Positions 1 to 8,468 of a stretch of DNA of 64,000 nt are shown here, one piece after another (the stretch's first letter is position 1; the number at the start of each line of letters is the position of its first letter). A model generated the notes under the pieces. The model saw nothing but the letters and a program-made list of their open reading frames with translations, did no database searches and was not told the DNA's origin. Made by a program: the position numbers and the translations under genes. The stretch is taken from positions 62,001 to 126,000 of IMG/VR virus record IMGVR_UViG_3300028608_000006. One strand, 5' to 3'.

Positions 1-689
1 ATTGGGTCCTTCTCGAACATCGGTGTCTGGTAGAACGACATCGGATACTCTATAGGGAGCTTGGATACGTTCAGCATGAAGCCACGGTCTTTCATGCTTT
101 GCAGGGCTTGTGGTTGCACGCACCACTCGATGGTCGCGTCGTCCAGCACAGCTTCCATCCAGCGCTCGAAGCGGGATTCACGTACCACGAAGGTGTGGGA
201 GTTGGCCTCGGTCTGGAAACGCACGTAGCGAACTTCTTCTTCGTCAACCAGACCTTGGTAGGTGTAGATAGACAGTTGTTCAGGCGGTGTTGGTACCAAG
301 TCCATGAAGAACTTGACCAACCCGGCGTTACGGCGCTCAGAGACCGAACTCAGGACGCTGGAGTAGTTCGCTGGGCGTACGGCTGGCGGGTAGATCATGG
401 TCATGGCATTAACCACGAGGCCGTCGTGTGGGATCTCCTGACCCTGCCAGATTGCCGGGACGTCAACGAACTTGCCAGCTGTCAGATCCATTGGCTCGGA
501 GTAGCCTTCTTTAGGGAGGCTCGCCAGATACTCGTCACGGAACGCATTCCAGTCTTCGGCGCTGCCCTCGTAACCTTTGCTGGCGGCTGTCTCGTAATTC
601 ATGCCGGGGTTCGCTGCGAAATCGGCGATCGACACGCCGTGTTTAAGTTGTTCTGCGGTCAGGTCGATAGGGGTCAGTTGTTCAGTCAC
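1..689 (-). CDS. Hypothetical phage protein, 3' end runs off the window
   Basis: Read manually: GTG at 689 preceded by AAAGGAG (7 nt spacer). Frame VTEQLTPIDLTAEQLKHG...FEKDP stays open to base 1 with phage-like codon usage. Absent from the ORF track because it is truncated. Confidence 0.8.
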   Translation of the reverse strand, partial: MTEQLTPIDLTAEQLKHGVSIADFAANPGMNYETAASKGYEGSAEDWNAFRDEYLASLPKEGYSEPMDLTAGKFVDVPAIWQGQEIPHDGLVVNAMTMIYPPAVRPANYSSVLSSVSERRNAGLVKFFMDLVPTPPEQLSIYTYQGLVDEEEVRYVRFQTEANSHTFVVRESRFERWMEAVLDDATIEWCVQPQALQSMKDRGFMLNVSKLPIEYPMSFYQTPMFEKDP

Positions 690-865
690 TTCATTGCTCC
701 TTTCGTGGAATCGTGTGCAGGGGATGTCCCGCATGGGGTAACTTTGTAAATGTTGCCGCCGTAAGGTGATGGTGTCTTTGTAATCTCGATACGGCTAAGC
801 TGCGGTGGAATCTGTATAGATACAAACCCCAGTTCCGCAGTATTTGTTTTTGGTTTGTTATCCAT
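686..865 (-). CDS. Small hypothetical protein (59 aa, MDNKPKT...GAMK)
   Basis: GGAG RBS before the ATG; TGA overlaps the GTG start of the next gene (GTGA coupling). Confidence 0.6.
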   Translation of the reverse strand: MDNKPKTNTAELGFVSIQIPPQLSRIEITKTPSPYGGNIYKVTPCGTSPAHDSTKGAMK

Positions 866-895
866 TTGTTACTCCAAGATTAGGACAAAAAGATT

Positions 896-3748
896 ATGTA
901 TAACCCATTCTCGGTTGGCGTAAAACAAACCGGAGTCTACGTTCATGTGACTGGCGTTTCGTTTTACAACCTAGCCAAGGACATCGAGAAGTTCTACAGC
1001 ACGGCGCTGGTCACAAAGTATATGATTCGCCGTGAAAGCTGGGACACAATCAAAGTCCATAATTTCTACTTGGTTGAGCTGCACTTCTTGTTAGGTGAAT
1101 TGCTCAAGCTGAAAACACTGCGTAGCCGTCGTCGTTCTCTTAATGAGCTGCGTCAGCTGTTGGAAACTGATACGTGGATCAAGGACACGGTCACGCCTTC
1201 TGGTAAACCTTTCGACTTTAAGCGACTGGATGCCTTTACCAAGAGCCCTTTCCCTAAACAACGGGAGTTCTTGGAACAGTATCCCCTGATCACCAAGAGT
1301 TACCACCTTAAAGGCATCCTGCTGGACTCTGTACCGGGTTCGGGTAAAGCGATGCCCAAGAGTACCAAGGTTAAGGTACCGGGCGGCTGGAAGGCTCTGG
1401 GAGCGATTCAGGTAGGCGATCAGGTCATGACCCCTTCAGGTCGTGTGTCTGATGTGTCGGGTGTGCATGATCAAGGTGTAACTGACGTTTACCGCTTCTA
1501 CTTCGAAGACGGTCGTTGGGCAGACTCTCACCCTGAACACTTGTGGCATGTGGATGAGGTCAGTGTTGTAGATGGCGAAGTGGTCATTAGCCCTGACAAC
1601 GTAACCACGACGCAAGACATCCTCGATCACTTCCAAGACTACGAGTATCAGATCCCGCTGGTTAGCAAGATCGATGGCTTGTTGTCGGGTGAAGGTTTCG
1701 CTTCCATTGAGGTGGCTGAAGAACTGTTGCTGTCAAGTATAGCAATAGACGATCCAGTCCTAGAATTACCGTATTCAGAACGCTTTAATATTGCCAAGGC
1801 GATGTTGGGTCGTTCCGGCTGTCAGATCTCTGCGGGGAGTGTTGCCTTTGTTACTTCTAACACCATGGCGGCATCTAACTTCCAAGCCTTGATCTGGAGC
1901 TTGGGTGGTATTGCTGAGAAGACGGCTATTGTTGACGTCGGTTACCGGGTAGATGTTTACCACGGCGAGATCGAAGAACTGGTGGCTGATCTGGTAGGCC
2001 CTGGGCTTAAGCTGGAAGAGTTGCTTGACCTAGACATGTACAAGAACCTGCGTCTGAAGATCGTGGGTGTGGAGAAACGTGATCGTGAAGAAACCCTGTG
2101 TATTACAGTTGACGATCCTGATCACCTGTTTGTTGTGGACGACTACATTGTAACCCACAACACATTCACTTCGCTGATGTGGTCTCACCTGCTGGGTAAC
2201 GGCAAGACGATCATCATCTGTCCGCTCAACATTGTGGACAGCGTGTGGATGACCCAGATCAAGGAACACTTCAAAGTGACGCCTCGTATCTGGAACAGCA
2301 AGACGGGTCTTCCGTTAACGGATGCTTACGACTACTACATCGTGCATTACGACGCGTTGGTCGGTCCTCGCTTTGCTTATCTGCGGGAATGGATGAAGAC
2401 CACCGTCAAAGCAGACAAGCAGAAGTTTAAGTTGATTGTCGATGAGTCGCAGAACTTTAACGAGATCTCGGCTAAACAGACTCAGAACCTGATTGAGTTA
2501 GCGGACTTGCAATTGTTCGCGGATGCTCTGCCAGTCTCTGGGACTCCGTTTAAGGCACTGGGGAGTGAGATCTACCCCATGCTGTGCATCTTCGATTTGC
2601 ACTTCGACAGCATCGCTAGGGAGTTCTTTAAAGCGTCTTACGGGCGTAACCGTCCTTCACTCATGGGAATGTTGTCGCACCGCATTGGTCGCAGCAAGTT
2701 TACCATCCCTGAGTTGCTCGGCTTGGGTGATCCTCCGCCAATTGAGATCGTTAAGGTACAAGTCCCGAACAGCGACAAGTACACACTCGACTCGATCAAG
2801 CTGGAGATGCAGGTGTACATCCAAGAGCGCTTTGCGTTCTACGAAGAACACATGCCTCAGTACGTCACCTTCTTTAATGAGATCCTTCAGGACTACGAGT
2901 ACGACAACCAGAAGAATCCTAAGGAGCTAGAAGACCTAGCGAAGTACCGGAAGATTGTTCAACGGTTCCGTACCCAGGGTTACAGCAGCTTTACCGATGC
3001 GCAAGACAGCATGTTCTGTAAGCGTGTTGAAGAAGACATTGAAAGCAGGCTCCGTGGTAAAGACCTCTCGGATTTCCGTAACGTTAAGTCGGCGGTGAAG
3101 TATCTGGGTCTGAAGCTGCGTGGGGAGGCACTCGGTAACGTACTCGGTCGCGCTCGCATCAATGCGATCAAGGAAACCATCGAACACGCCAACCTTGAGC
3201 ACTACATCGATGACGTTGAAAAGAAGACGGTGATCTTTACCTCTTACGTTGACGTTCTGAAGCTCTGTGACGAGTACCTGACGAAGAAAGGTTACACTGG
3301 GATCACGGTGTACGGTGAGAACAGTAAGGACCGTGACGCGGCTATTAAACGCTTTGCAGAAGATCCACGTATCAACCCATTAACTGCGGTGTACGACTCC
3401 CTTAAGGAAGGGTACCCTCTGTTGATGGCGAACCAGGAACTCATGCTCAATGCCCCATGGCGTGACTTTGAACTGAAACAAGTTCAAGCACGTATCTGGC
3501 GTACTGGTCAGACTTCCCCTTGCTTCTTCCGTATGTTCGACATGGACACAGGGGACAAGGTTAACATCACGACGCGCAGTATCAACGTGATGGAATGGTC
3601 GAAGGAACAAGTCGATGCATTGTTAGGTCGTGCTGAAGGACACATCATGCTGGCTGATGTTACCGGCGAAGAGATGTTCGACATGAGCGATGAAGCCTTT
3701 ACCCAACCGCTGACCAGAAGTAACAGCGTACTGGATCTGTTTAACTAA
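896..3748 (+). CDS. SF2/SNF2-like helicase interrupted by an intein (about 679 aa after splicing)
   Basis: Walker A DSVPGSGK|T is split by the intein; Walker B LIVDESQ; motif III VSGTP; C-terminal helicase motifs (TVIFTSY, SLKEG, QVQARIWRTGQ). Confidence 0.9.
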   Translation: MYNPFSVGVKQTGVYVHVTGVSFYNLAKDIEKFYSTALVTKYMIRRESWDTIKVHNFYLVELHFLLGELLKLKTLRSRRRSLNELRQLLETDTWIKDTVTPSGKPFDFKRLDAFTKSPFPKQREFLEQYPLITKSYHLKGILLDSVPGSGKAMPKSTKVKVPGGWKALGAIQVGDQVMTPSGRVSDVSGVHDQGVTDVYRFYFEDGRWADSHPEHLWHVDEVSVVDGEVVISPDNVTTTQDILDHFQDYEYQIPLVSKIDGLLSGEGFASIEVAEELLLSSIAIDDPVLELPYSERFNIAKAMLGRSGCQISAGSVAFVTSNTMAASNFQALIWSLGGIAEKTAIVDVGYRVDVYHGEIEELVADLVGPGLKLEELLDLDMYKNLRLKIVGVEKRDREETLCITVDDPDHLFVVDDYIVTHNTFTSLMWSHLLGNGKTIIICPLNIVDSVWMTQIKEHFKVTPRIWNSKTGLPLTDAYDYYIVHYDALVGPRFAYLREWMKTTVKADKQKFKLIVDESQNFNEISAKQTQNLIELADLQLFADALPVSGTPFKALGSEIYPMLCIFDLHFDSIAREFFKASYGRNRPSLMGMLSHRIGRSKFTIPELLGLGDPPPIEIVKVQVPNSDKYTLDSIKLEMQVYIQERFAFYEEHMPQYVTFFNEILQDYEYDNQKNPKELEDLAKYRKIVQRFRTQGYSSFTDAQDSMFCKRVEEDIESRLRGKDLSDFRNVKSAVKYLGLKLRGEALGNVLGRARINAIKETIEHANLEHYIDDVEKKTVIFTSYVDVLKLCDEYLTKKGYTGITVYGENSKDRDAAIKRFAEDPRINPLTAVYDSLKEGYPLLMANQELMLNAPWRDFELKQVQARIWRTGQTSPCFFRMFDMDTGDKVNITTRSINVMEWSKEQVDALLGRAEGHIMLADVTGEEMFDMSDEAFTQPLTRSNSVLDLFN
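1349..2161 (+). mobile_element. Intein (271 aa), Ala-1, class-3 type, with a degenerate LAGLIDADG-like region
   Basis: GSGK|AMPKSTKVKVPGGW...HPEHLW...TLCITV...YIVTHN|T. Terminal His-Asn and +1 Thr are present; removing it restores GSGKT. Confidence 0.9.
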
Positions 3749-3770
3749 ACTTACCTATCGGGGATTCCCT

Positions 3771-4826
3771 ATGTGCTACAACATCGACACCACTGATCAG
3801 TTCGACTCCGTGCCGAGCGAGCAACACGTAGAAACCGTTATGACCGGCTTGATGGACTCGCTGGGCGGTAACGAGGGCATGGACTTGAGCGCTGCTCAGG
3901 TGTACGTACAAGGCGTTCTGTTCGCTGATGGTTCGGTACGTGGTCTGCCTCTGCCGGAAGTCGCCGGCAACGAAGAAGGTGGTTTCTTCAGCAAGGTGGG
4001 CGACGGCATCAAGAAGGTCTGGGAGTACATCAAGAAGATGTTCGCCTCGATCTGGGGTGTCTTCTTCAAATCGGACAAGAAGAAGATGGAAGAAAAGGTA
4101 GACGCTGCCTTGGCCGACGCGGAGAAAGAACTCGAAGCCATGGAGAAGGCTGCTCCTGCACCGGCTGCTGTCCCGCAGGTCGTCCACAAGGCTGAAGCGG
4201 CTATCGCCAAGCTTGAACCGAGCCCAGAGAAGACCAAGCTGGAAAAGGTAGTGGAAGAGATCAAGGAAGCCAAGGCTGAACCAGCTAAGCAGGCCAAAGA
4301 ACTCCACGAGCTCCTGCCGGAAATCTTCAAGGCTGACGTGCTGGACAACGGCAAAATCAAGCGCGCAACCGACAAGCTGAAAGGTGCTGTGGGTCGCTTG
4401 CAAGCCAAGAAGGTTGAACTGGATAAGGCCGAGAAAGATGGTCACTCCATCAACGGCCAAGAAATCCAGCAATACCTCAACGGTTTGATCGGTCTTCCTG
4501 ACGCTTCCCTGGGCATCAAGGACATCGCTTCTGCTCGCGGTTGGATCCAACAGTCCAAGCGTTGCAAGACGGCTATGGGTAACACTCTCGGCGGCATGCT
4601 CAGTGACCAAGCCCGTTACCGTCAACGGATCGAAGAGTGTGAGAAAGGTATCAACGCTTACGCTGGTCCGAAAGACAAAGGCAACAAAGAGCTGAGCAAG
4701 AAGATCGAAGCACTCAAAGCTGACTTTGCTTGTATCAGTGGCATCATCGCCATCACCGACACGGTTTCCTTGGCCATCATCGAAATCAGTGAGACCATTG
4801 AAAAAGCCTGCGTAAGCGTCGTCTAA
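3771..4826 (+). CDS. Probable virion inner-head/ejection-type protein with an acidic propeptide; paralog of 50388-51581
   Basis: Acidic N-terminus with G-N-E sites, then GGFFSKVGDGIKKVWEYIKKMF; helical K/E/A-rich body; strong codon bias. Confidence 0.6.
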   Translation: MCYNIDTTDQFDSVPSEQHVETVMTGLMDSLGGNEGMDLSAAQVYVQGVLFADGSVRGLPLPEVAGNEEGGFFSKVGDGIKKVWEYIKKMFASIWGVFFKSDKKKMEEKVDAALADAEKELEAMEKAAPAPAAVPQVVHKAEAAIAKLEPSPEKTKLEKVVEEIKEAKAEPAKQAKELHELLPEIFKADVLDNGKIKRATDKLKGAVGRLQAKKVELDKAEKDGHSINGQEIQQYLNGLIGLPDASLGIKDIASARGWIQQSKRCKTAMGNTLGGMLSDQARYRQRIEECEKGINAYAGPKDKGNKELSKKIEALKADFACISGIIAITDTVSLAIIEISETIEKACVSVV

Positions 4827-4849
4827 AACAAAAAAGAAACCCCCAACCC

Positions 4850-4884
4850 ATAACCTACCACTCCGCAATGGAGTGGTAGGTTAT
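4850..4884. terminator. 15-bp perfect hairpin at a convergent gene junction
   Basis: ATAACCTACCACTCC-gcaat-GGAGTGGTAGGTTAT. Confidence 0.8.
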
Positions 4885-4896
4885 AAAGGAGTAGTT

Positions 4897-5142
4897 TCAA
4901 TCGAATGCCTGCATCTTGATCATTGCTGCGTTGATGTTTACTTGGCACTGCTCAGCTTCAGCAGTCAGCCGGTTGTAGTCACTTACGTCGTCACGTTCCA
5001 AAGCAACCCAAGCGGCTTTGGTAAGACGGTACGATTCTTCTTCCAGCTCTGCAATCTGGTCTTGTAGCATGAAGCGCATGCGAACGAAGTTCACTTGTGC
5101 ATTCATTTGTACATCGCTGTAACCTGGGATGATGCGAATCAT
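4897..5142 (-). CDS. Hypothetical helical protein
   Basis: 81-aa ORF, AAGGAG RBS. Confidence 0.75.
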   Translation of the reverse strand: MIRIIPGYSDVQMNAQVNFVRMRFMLQDQIAELEEESYRLTKAAWVALERDDVSDYNRLTAEAEQCQVNINAAMIKMQAFD

Positions 5143-5155
5143 TTGTTGCTCCTTG

Positions 5156-5419
5156 TTAGATAGCGAGGGCGCCGTACAGACCGACGTACTCGGCGATCAT
5201 GTTGTCCAGCTTGAGTTGTTCTTCTTTGACCATGGAACGTGCGGTGAACTGATCACGCGGGTCAGGCATCGAAGTGACACAGTCTTTGTAGCACTGCAAG
5301 GTGAAAGTTTGTTGCTCGATCTTCCAGCGCAGTTCCAGAGGGCTAGCGCCAACTGGGTACTTTGGCAGGGAGGCTTTAACGGCTTTCTTTGCAACAGGAA
5401 ACTGGATAACATTATTCAT
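5156..5419 (-). CDS. Hypothetical protein (MNNVIQFP...)
   Basis: Start moved to ATG 5419 because of a GGAG RBS; the track start at 5530 overlaps the upstream gene. Confidence 0.7.
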   Translation of the reverse strand: MNNVIQFPVAKKAVKASLPKYPVGASPLELRWKIEQQTFTLQCYKDCVTSMPDPRDQFTARSMVKEEQLKLDNMIAEYVGLYGALAI

Positions 5420-5478
5420 TTGAAACTCCAAAGCGATCGGGTAAAGCATTATTGCCTTACCCTTATTAGTTAAACGGA

Positions 5479-5841
5479 TCAACCGAACCAGTGGTCCTGC
5501 ATGAAGGTAGGACCCAGGTCCCATTCCCACACAGAGATCTTCGCCTCGTTGTCTTCAGACTTGGCCCACTCACGGTAGCTCTCGATATGGGCATCGAGTT
5601 CTTCCTTGGACTTGAAGTACGAGGTGTAGTCTTCCCGATCCCAACCCATAGGCCAGGTCTTGGAGCGGGTGATCGTCTTGTACATGTCGTCCGGTGCCCA
5701 GCCTTCACCCTCGGCAATGACCTTGGCGAAGTGAGCTTTGAACACATCACCGACCCACGCTGAAGTGAGTTCCCCATCAGGAGTCACAACATGGACAGCG
5801 GTCTTACCAGCAACTTGACTCAGGTGCATTACATTGGACAT
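5479..5841 (-). CDS. Hypothetical protein, first gene after an early promoter
   Basis: AAGGA RBS before ATG 5841. Confidence 0.8.
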   Translation of the reverse strand: MSNVMHLSQVAGKTAVHVVTPDGELTSAWVGDVFKAHFAKVIAEGEGWAPDDMYKTITRSKTWPMGWDREDYTSYFKSKEELDAHIESYREWAKSEDNEAKISVWEWDLGPTFMQDHWFG

Positions 5842-5888
5842 GATCAATTCCTTGTAGGACAGAAAGATTTGTATTACTTACTAAACTG

Positions 5889-5920
5889 GTAATATAGGCC
5901 TGAAAAGAAATGTAAGTTAA
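5889..5920 (-). promoter_or_regulatory. phiKZ-type early promoter
   Basis: Minus strand TTAACTTACA-n5-TTTCAGGCCTATATTAC. Confidence 0.8.
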
Positions 5921-5924
5921 ACGA

Positions 5925-5959
5925 ATACCCCTCCCTACCACTGCGGTAGGGAGGGGTAT
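5925..5959. terminator. 15-bp perfect hairpin
   Basis: ATACCCCTCCCTACC-actgc-GGTAGGGAGGGGTAT. Confidence 0.8.
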
Positions 5960-5972
5960 AACGTCCGTGTTC

Positions 5973-6353
5973 TTATTCCGCAGCTGGACCTTCTAGCAAC
6001 TGGGTCATTCCTGTTAGGCAGAGTTCAGCAACTACCAGACGCGACCTGAACCGAGTGTCCAGCCATTTCATCAACGGCAGGAAACCTTCTTTGCTTTCAG
6101 CATGGAGCACGGCTGGATCATGGCTGTCGGCATCGATATAAAGCATGATCGACGCACGCTCGAAGAAGGTGCCCGGAGCTACACCACGCTCGTCAGCATC
6201 CAAGAGTTCCAAATGACGCAGACTTTCACGCGAACCAACAATCTTGATACCGTCGTGAATAACCGCCACCTTCCGACGCTCAACAGAGATCAGTCGACCA
6301 GAAGCGGTTTGCACTACAACACCCGGGATTTCGTTTTGATCTTCGTGTTGCAT
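5973..6353 (-). CDS. Hypothetical protein
   Basis: 126-aa ORF, AAGGAG RBS. Confidence 0.75.
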   Translation of the reverse strand: MQHEDQNEIPGVVVQTASGRLISVERRKVAVIHDGIKIVGSRESLRHLELLDADERGVAPGTFFERASIMLYIDADSHDPAVLHAESKEGFLPLMKWLDTRFRSRLVVAELCLTGMTQLLEGPAAE

Positions 6354-6363
6354 TTGTTTCTCC

Positions 6364-6948
6364 TTAGCTGGCTTGCTTCATTTGTTCACAGTACGCTTCA
6401 ACACGCGCAGGCGATACACCCTGTTCGTGCAGGCTAGCAAAGAACTCAGCGGTGAATTCTTGGTTAACCTTACGCGGAATACCCGAGAAACCGAAATCAC
6501 GGAACAACAGGATCTTGCCAATGAAGGCTTTGATCTTCTGCTCTTCCATCCAGTTCTCTACGACGGTGTTCATGATCTCGTCTTCGTCGTCCGGGTTCCA
6601 CTTGTCGTTCTCACGCAACCACTTAGGGTTAGCCTTGATCTCGATCCCGTACAACTTGGAGCCATCCATGATCATGCCATGGTTCCCATCATCCATCAGT
6701 TGTTTCATGATGATAGGAAGGTCATGCATTTCCCGGAAAGCTTCTTCTAGGAACTTCACCGGAAATTTTGCAGTGCACACGTTGTAAATGATGCTGCGCT
6801 GGATGAAATCCGGAATACCAGGTGCGATACGCTTGGCCATCTTTACCAACTTCTTAGGGTTGGTGGTCCAGTTGTCCTGGAAGTAACGCAGCACCTGGTT
6901 CTCTTGTTCCAGAGCCGGGAGTGTTTCATCTACCTTGAAGTCAGTCAT
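6364..6948 (-). CDS. Hypothetical protein; paralog of 44599-45120
   Basis: Shared TTNPKKL, G(N/D)HGMI, IKANP(K/R)WLR, WNPDDE, FGFSG. Confidence 0.85.
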   Translation of the reverse strand: MTDFKVDETLPALEQENQVLRYFQDNWTTNPKKLVKMAKRIAPGIPDFIQRSIIYNVCTAKFPVKFLEEAFREMHDLPIIMKQLMDDGNHGMIMDGSKLYGIEIKANPKWLRENDKWNPDDEDEIMNTVVENWMEEQKIKAFIGKILLFRDFGFSGIPRKVNQEFTAEFFASLHEQGVSPARVEAYCEQMKQAS

Positions 6949-7346
6949 TACAAGTCCTTAGGCTGCTGAGACTCTGCCCAGTTTTTGATAGCCGCATGAA
7001 ACGCGTCGATAAAGTTGTTGAAGTCCCTGTCCGTCATAATGGGGGACTCGTTGGTGGCGTAGTGTTCCCTGGACGCGTGACTTTCTAACTTCCCAAACTT
7101 GTATTCCCCCAACTTATTTTCGTCATCAGGTCCGGAGAAAGTTAGCACAAAATTCCCCACAATGAAGTCGCCTTCAAACAACGCGGCGGAGAACTGCTCA
7201 GGGGTGGAACCCTGAGGTATTACTTTGACTTCTTTCTCGACACCGTTACTGTTCTCGAACTTCACAGCGAGAAGATAAGGTTGTTGCTCCGCGGTGTACG
7301 AAAGAGCGGTCCATTCGGTAAACAGTTTGTTCAGAGCATCAGACAT
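6948..7346 (-). CDS. Hypothetical protein
   Basis: 132 aa, stop/start coupled to the downstream gene. Confidence 0.75.
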   Translation of the reverse strand: MSDALNKLFTEWTALSYTAEQQPYLLAVKFENSNGVEKEVKVIPQGSTPEQFSAALFEGDFIVGNFVLTFSGPDDENKLGEYKFGKLESHASREHYATNESPIMTDRDFNNFIDAFHAAIKNWAESQQPKDL

Positions 7347-7357
7347 TGCGCGTGTCC

Positions 7358-7747
7358 TTACGAAAAGAGGTGATCGATGATTTCACTGAGGGTACGACCG
7401 CCGGACGGTTCGTCGTCATGCAATTTGTTAGCCCCGGTGATATTGGCGAAGTGCACGTCAGCGAGGGTGTGAGTAACAAAGAACAAACCCTTGTCGATCC
7501 CAGCATGCTCACTGTACACCACGTACACAGTACGGGCGTCATCACGACGATCTTTACCGCGAACGTTCACCAGTTCCTGACGGCGCAGGATGGTCTTGGA
7601 CTGGGTGACGCAGTCGATACCTTCTTTCAGCATACCGATGTCAGCAATCTTCAATTGAGGTCCTGACAGGTCACCCTCCTTCAAACCGCCCAGTGCTTCC
7701 AGCTTTTCGTTCAGGCGCAGGAAACCTGTTGGAATGTTGTCGTTCAT
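7358..7747 (-). CDS. Hypothetical protein with a DnaB/RecA-like N-terminal segment and no P-loop
   Basis: IPTGFLRLNEKLEALGGLKEGDL; no GKT follows. Confidence 0.65.
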   Translation of the reverse strand: MNDNIPTGFLRLNEKLEALGGLKEGDLSGPQLKIADIGMLKEGIDCVTQSKTILRRQELVNVRGKDRRDDARTVYVVYSEHAGIDKGLFFVTHTLADVHFANITGANKLHDDEPSGGRTLSEIIDHLFS

Positions 7748-7748
7748 T

Positions 7749-7976
7749 TCAAAGCCCTTGTCTAATTTTGTCTTCACGGCGCCCTACTTCCATCTGCAAC
7801 CAGCCGATGCGGATAACTGCCGCTTCACGGTCGATGTACGAGGCGTAGGTGCTAACGGTATGGCGGAGGGTTACAATTTGTTTCTTCAGGATGTCAAGTT
7901 CCACCATTTCCCGCATGCCCGGCATCGAGTTGCCTTTACGCTCACGATACGGAAGGATGTTTACTACTTTGCCCAT
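7749..7976 (-). CDS. Small hypothetical protein (MGKVVNIL...)
   Basis: AAGGA RBS; 75 aa. Confidence 0.7.
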   Translation of the reverse strand: MGKVVNILPYRERKGNSMPGMREMVELDILKKQIVTLRHTVSTYASYIDREAAVIRIGWLQMEVGRREDKIRQGL

Positions 7977-7978
7977 GA

Positions 7979-8245
7979 TCAGTTTTCCTTAAAGGACCCC
8001 GGTGTGTAAAGCCTAGGTGGGGATGCCTTACCCTGGCTCTTGAAATACAGCTCCCTACGTTCGTTGGCTTCTGTTAGAAACTCAACAGCCCGTTTTACTA
8101 TCGCATCCCGATAAGCGTAACTCATTGCGGGATTAAGAGACGAGAAGAGTTGTTCCGCCTTAATCAGCAGATCGCCAATGGCTTGCAACTCTTCGAGACG
8201 CTTAAGGTTACAATAGACGTTCTGGAGCGGAACAACCTTTCCCAT
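7979..8245 (-). CDS. Small hypothetical protein (MGKVVPL...)
   Basis: AAGGAG RBS before ATG 8245. Confidence 0.7.
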   Translation of the reverse strand: MGKVVPLQNVYCNLKRLEELQAIGDLLIKAEQLFSSLNPAMSYAYRDAIVKRAVEFLTEANERRELYFKSQGKASPPRLYTPGSFKEN

Positions 8246-8255
8246 GACTCTCTCC

Positions 8256-8468
8256 TTATTTAGTGAAGTATTGCCAAAGATCATGAACCGCTAGCATTAC
8301 CGGAACCAACAACAACGTAGAACCTAAGCAGAAGACCGCGGTGTTGGCAAATTGAGCCGACTGCTTATCCCGTGCTTCTTGGTTGGACGTATACCACGCC
8401 CACCAAGCGTCACGCTCTTCCTTAGTGCCATCATGCTTACAACCGGGCGGAGCTTTATAAAGACTCAT
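8256..8468 (-). CDS. Small protein with a C-terminal hydrophobic helix
   Basis: 70 aa; AVFCLGSTLLLVPVMLAV. Confidence 0.65.
   Translation of the reverse strand: MSLYKAPPGCKHDGTKEERDAWWAWYTSNQEARDKQSAQFANTAVFCLGSTLLLVPVMLAVHDLWQYFTK

Noticed and set aside
99-749. 216-aa plus-strand ORF in the track
   Set aside because: It is the antisense shadow of a minus-strand gene (<1-689) that has a good RBS and is missing from the track only because it is truncated.
3741-4868. 375-aa minus-strand ORF
   Set aside because: Mirror of the codon-biased 3771-4826 gene; no RBS and an F/L-rich shadow composition.
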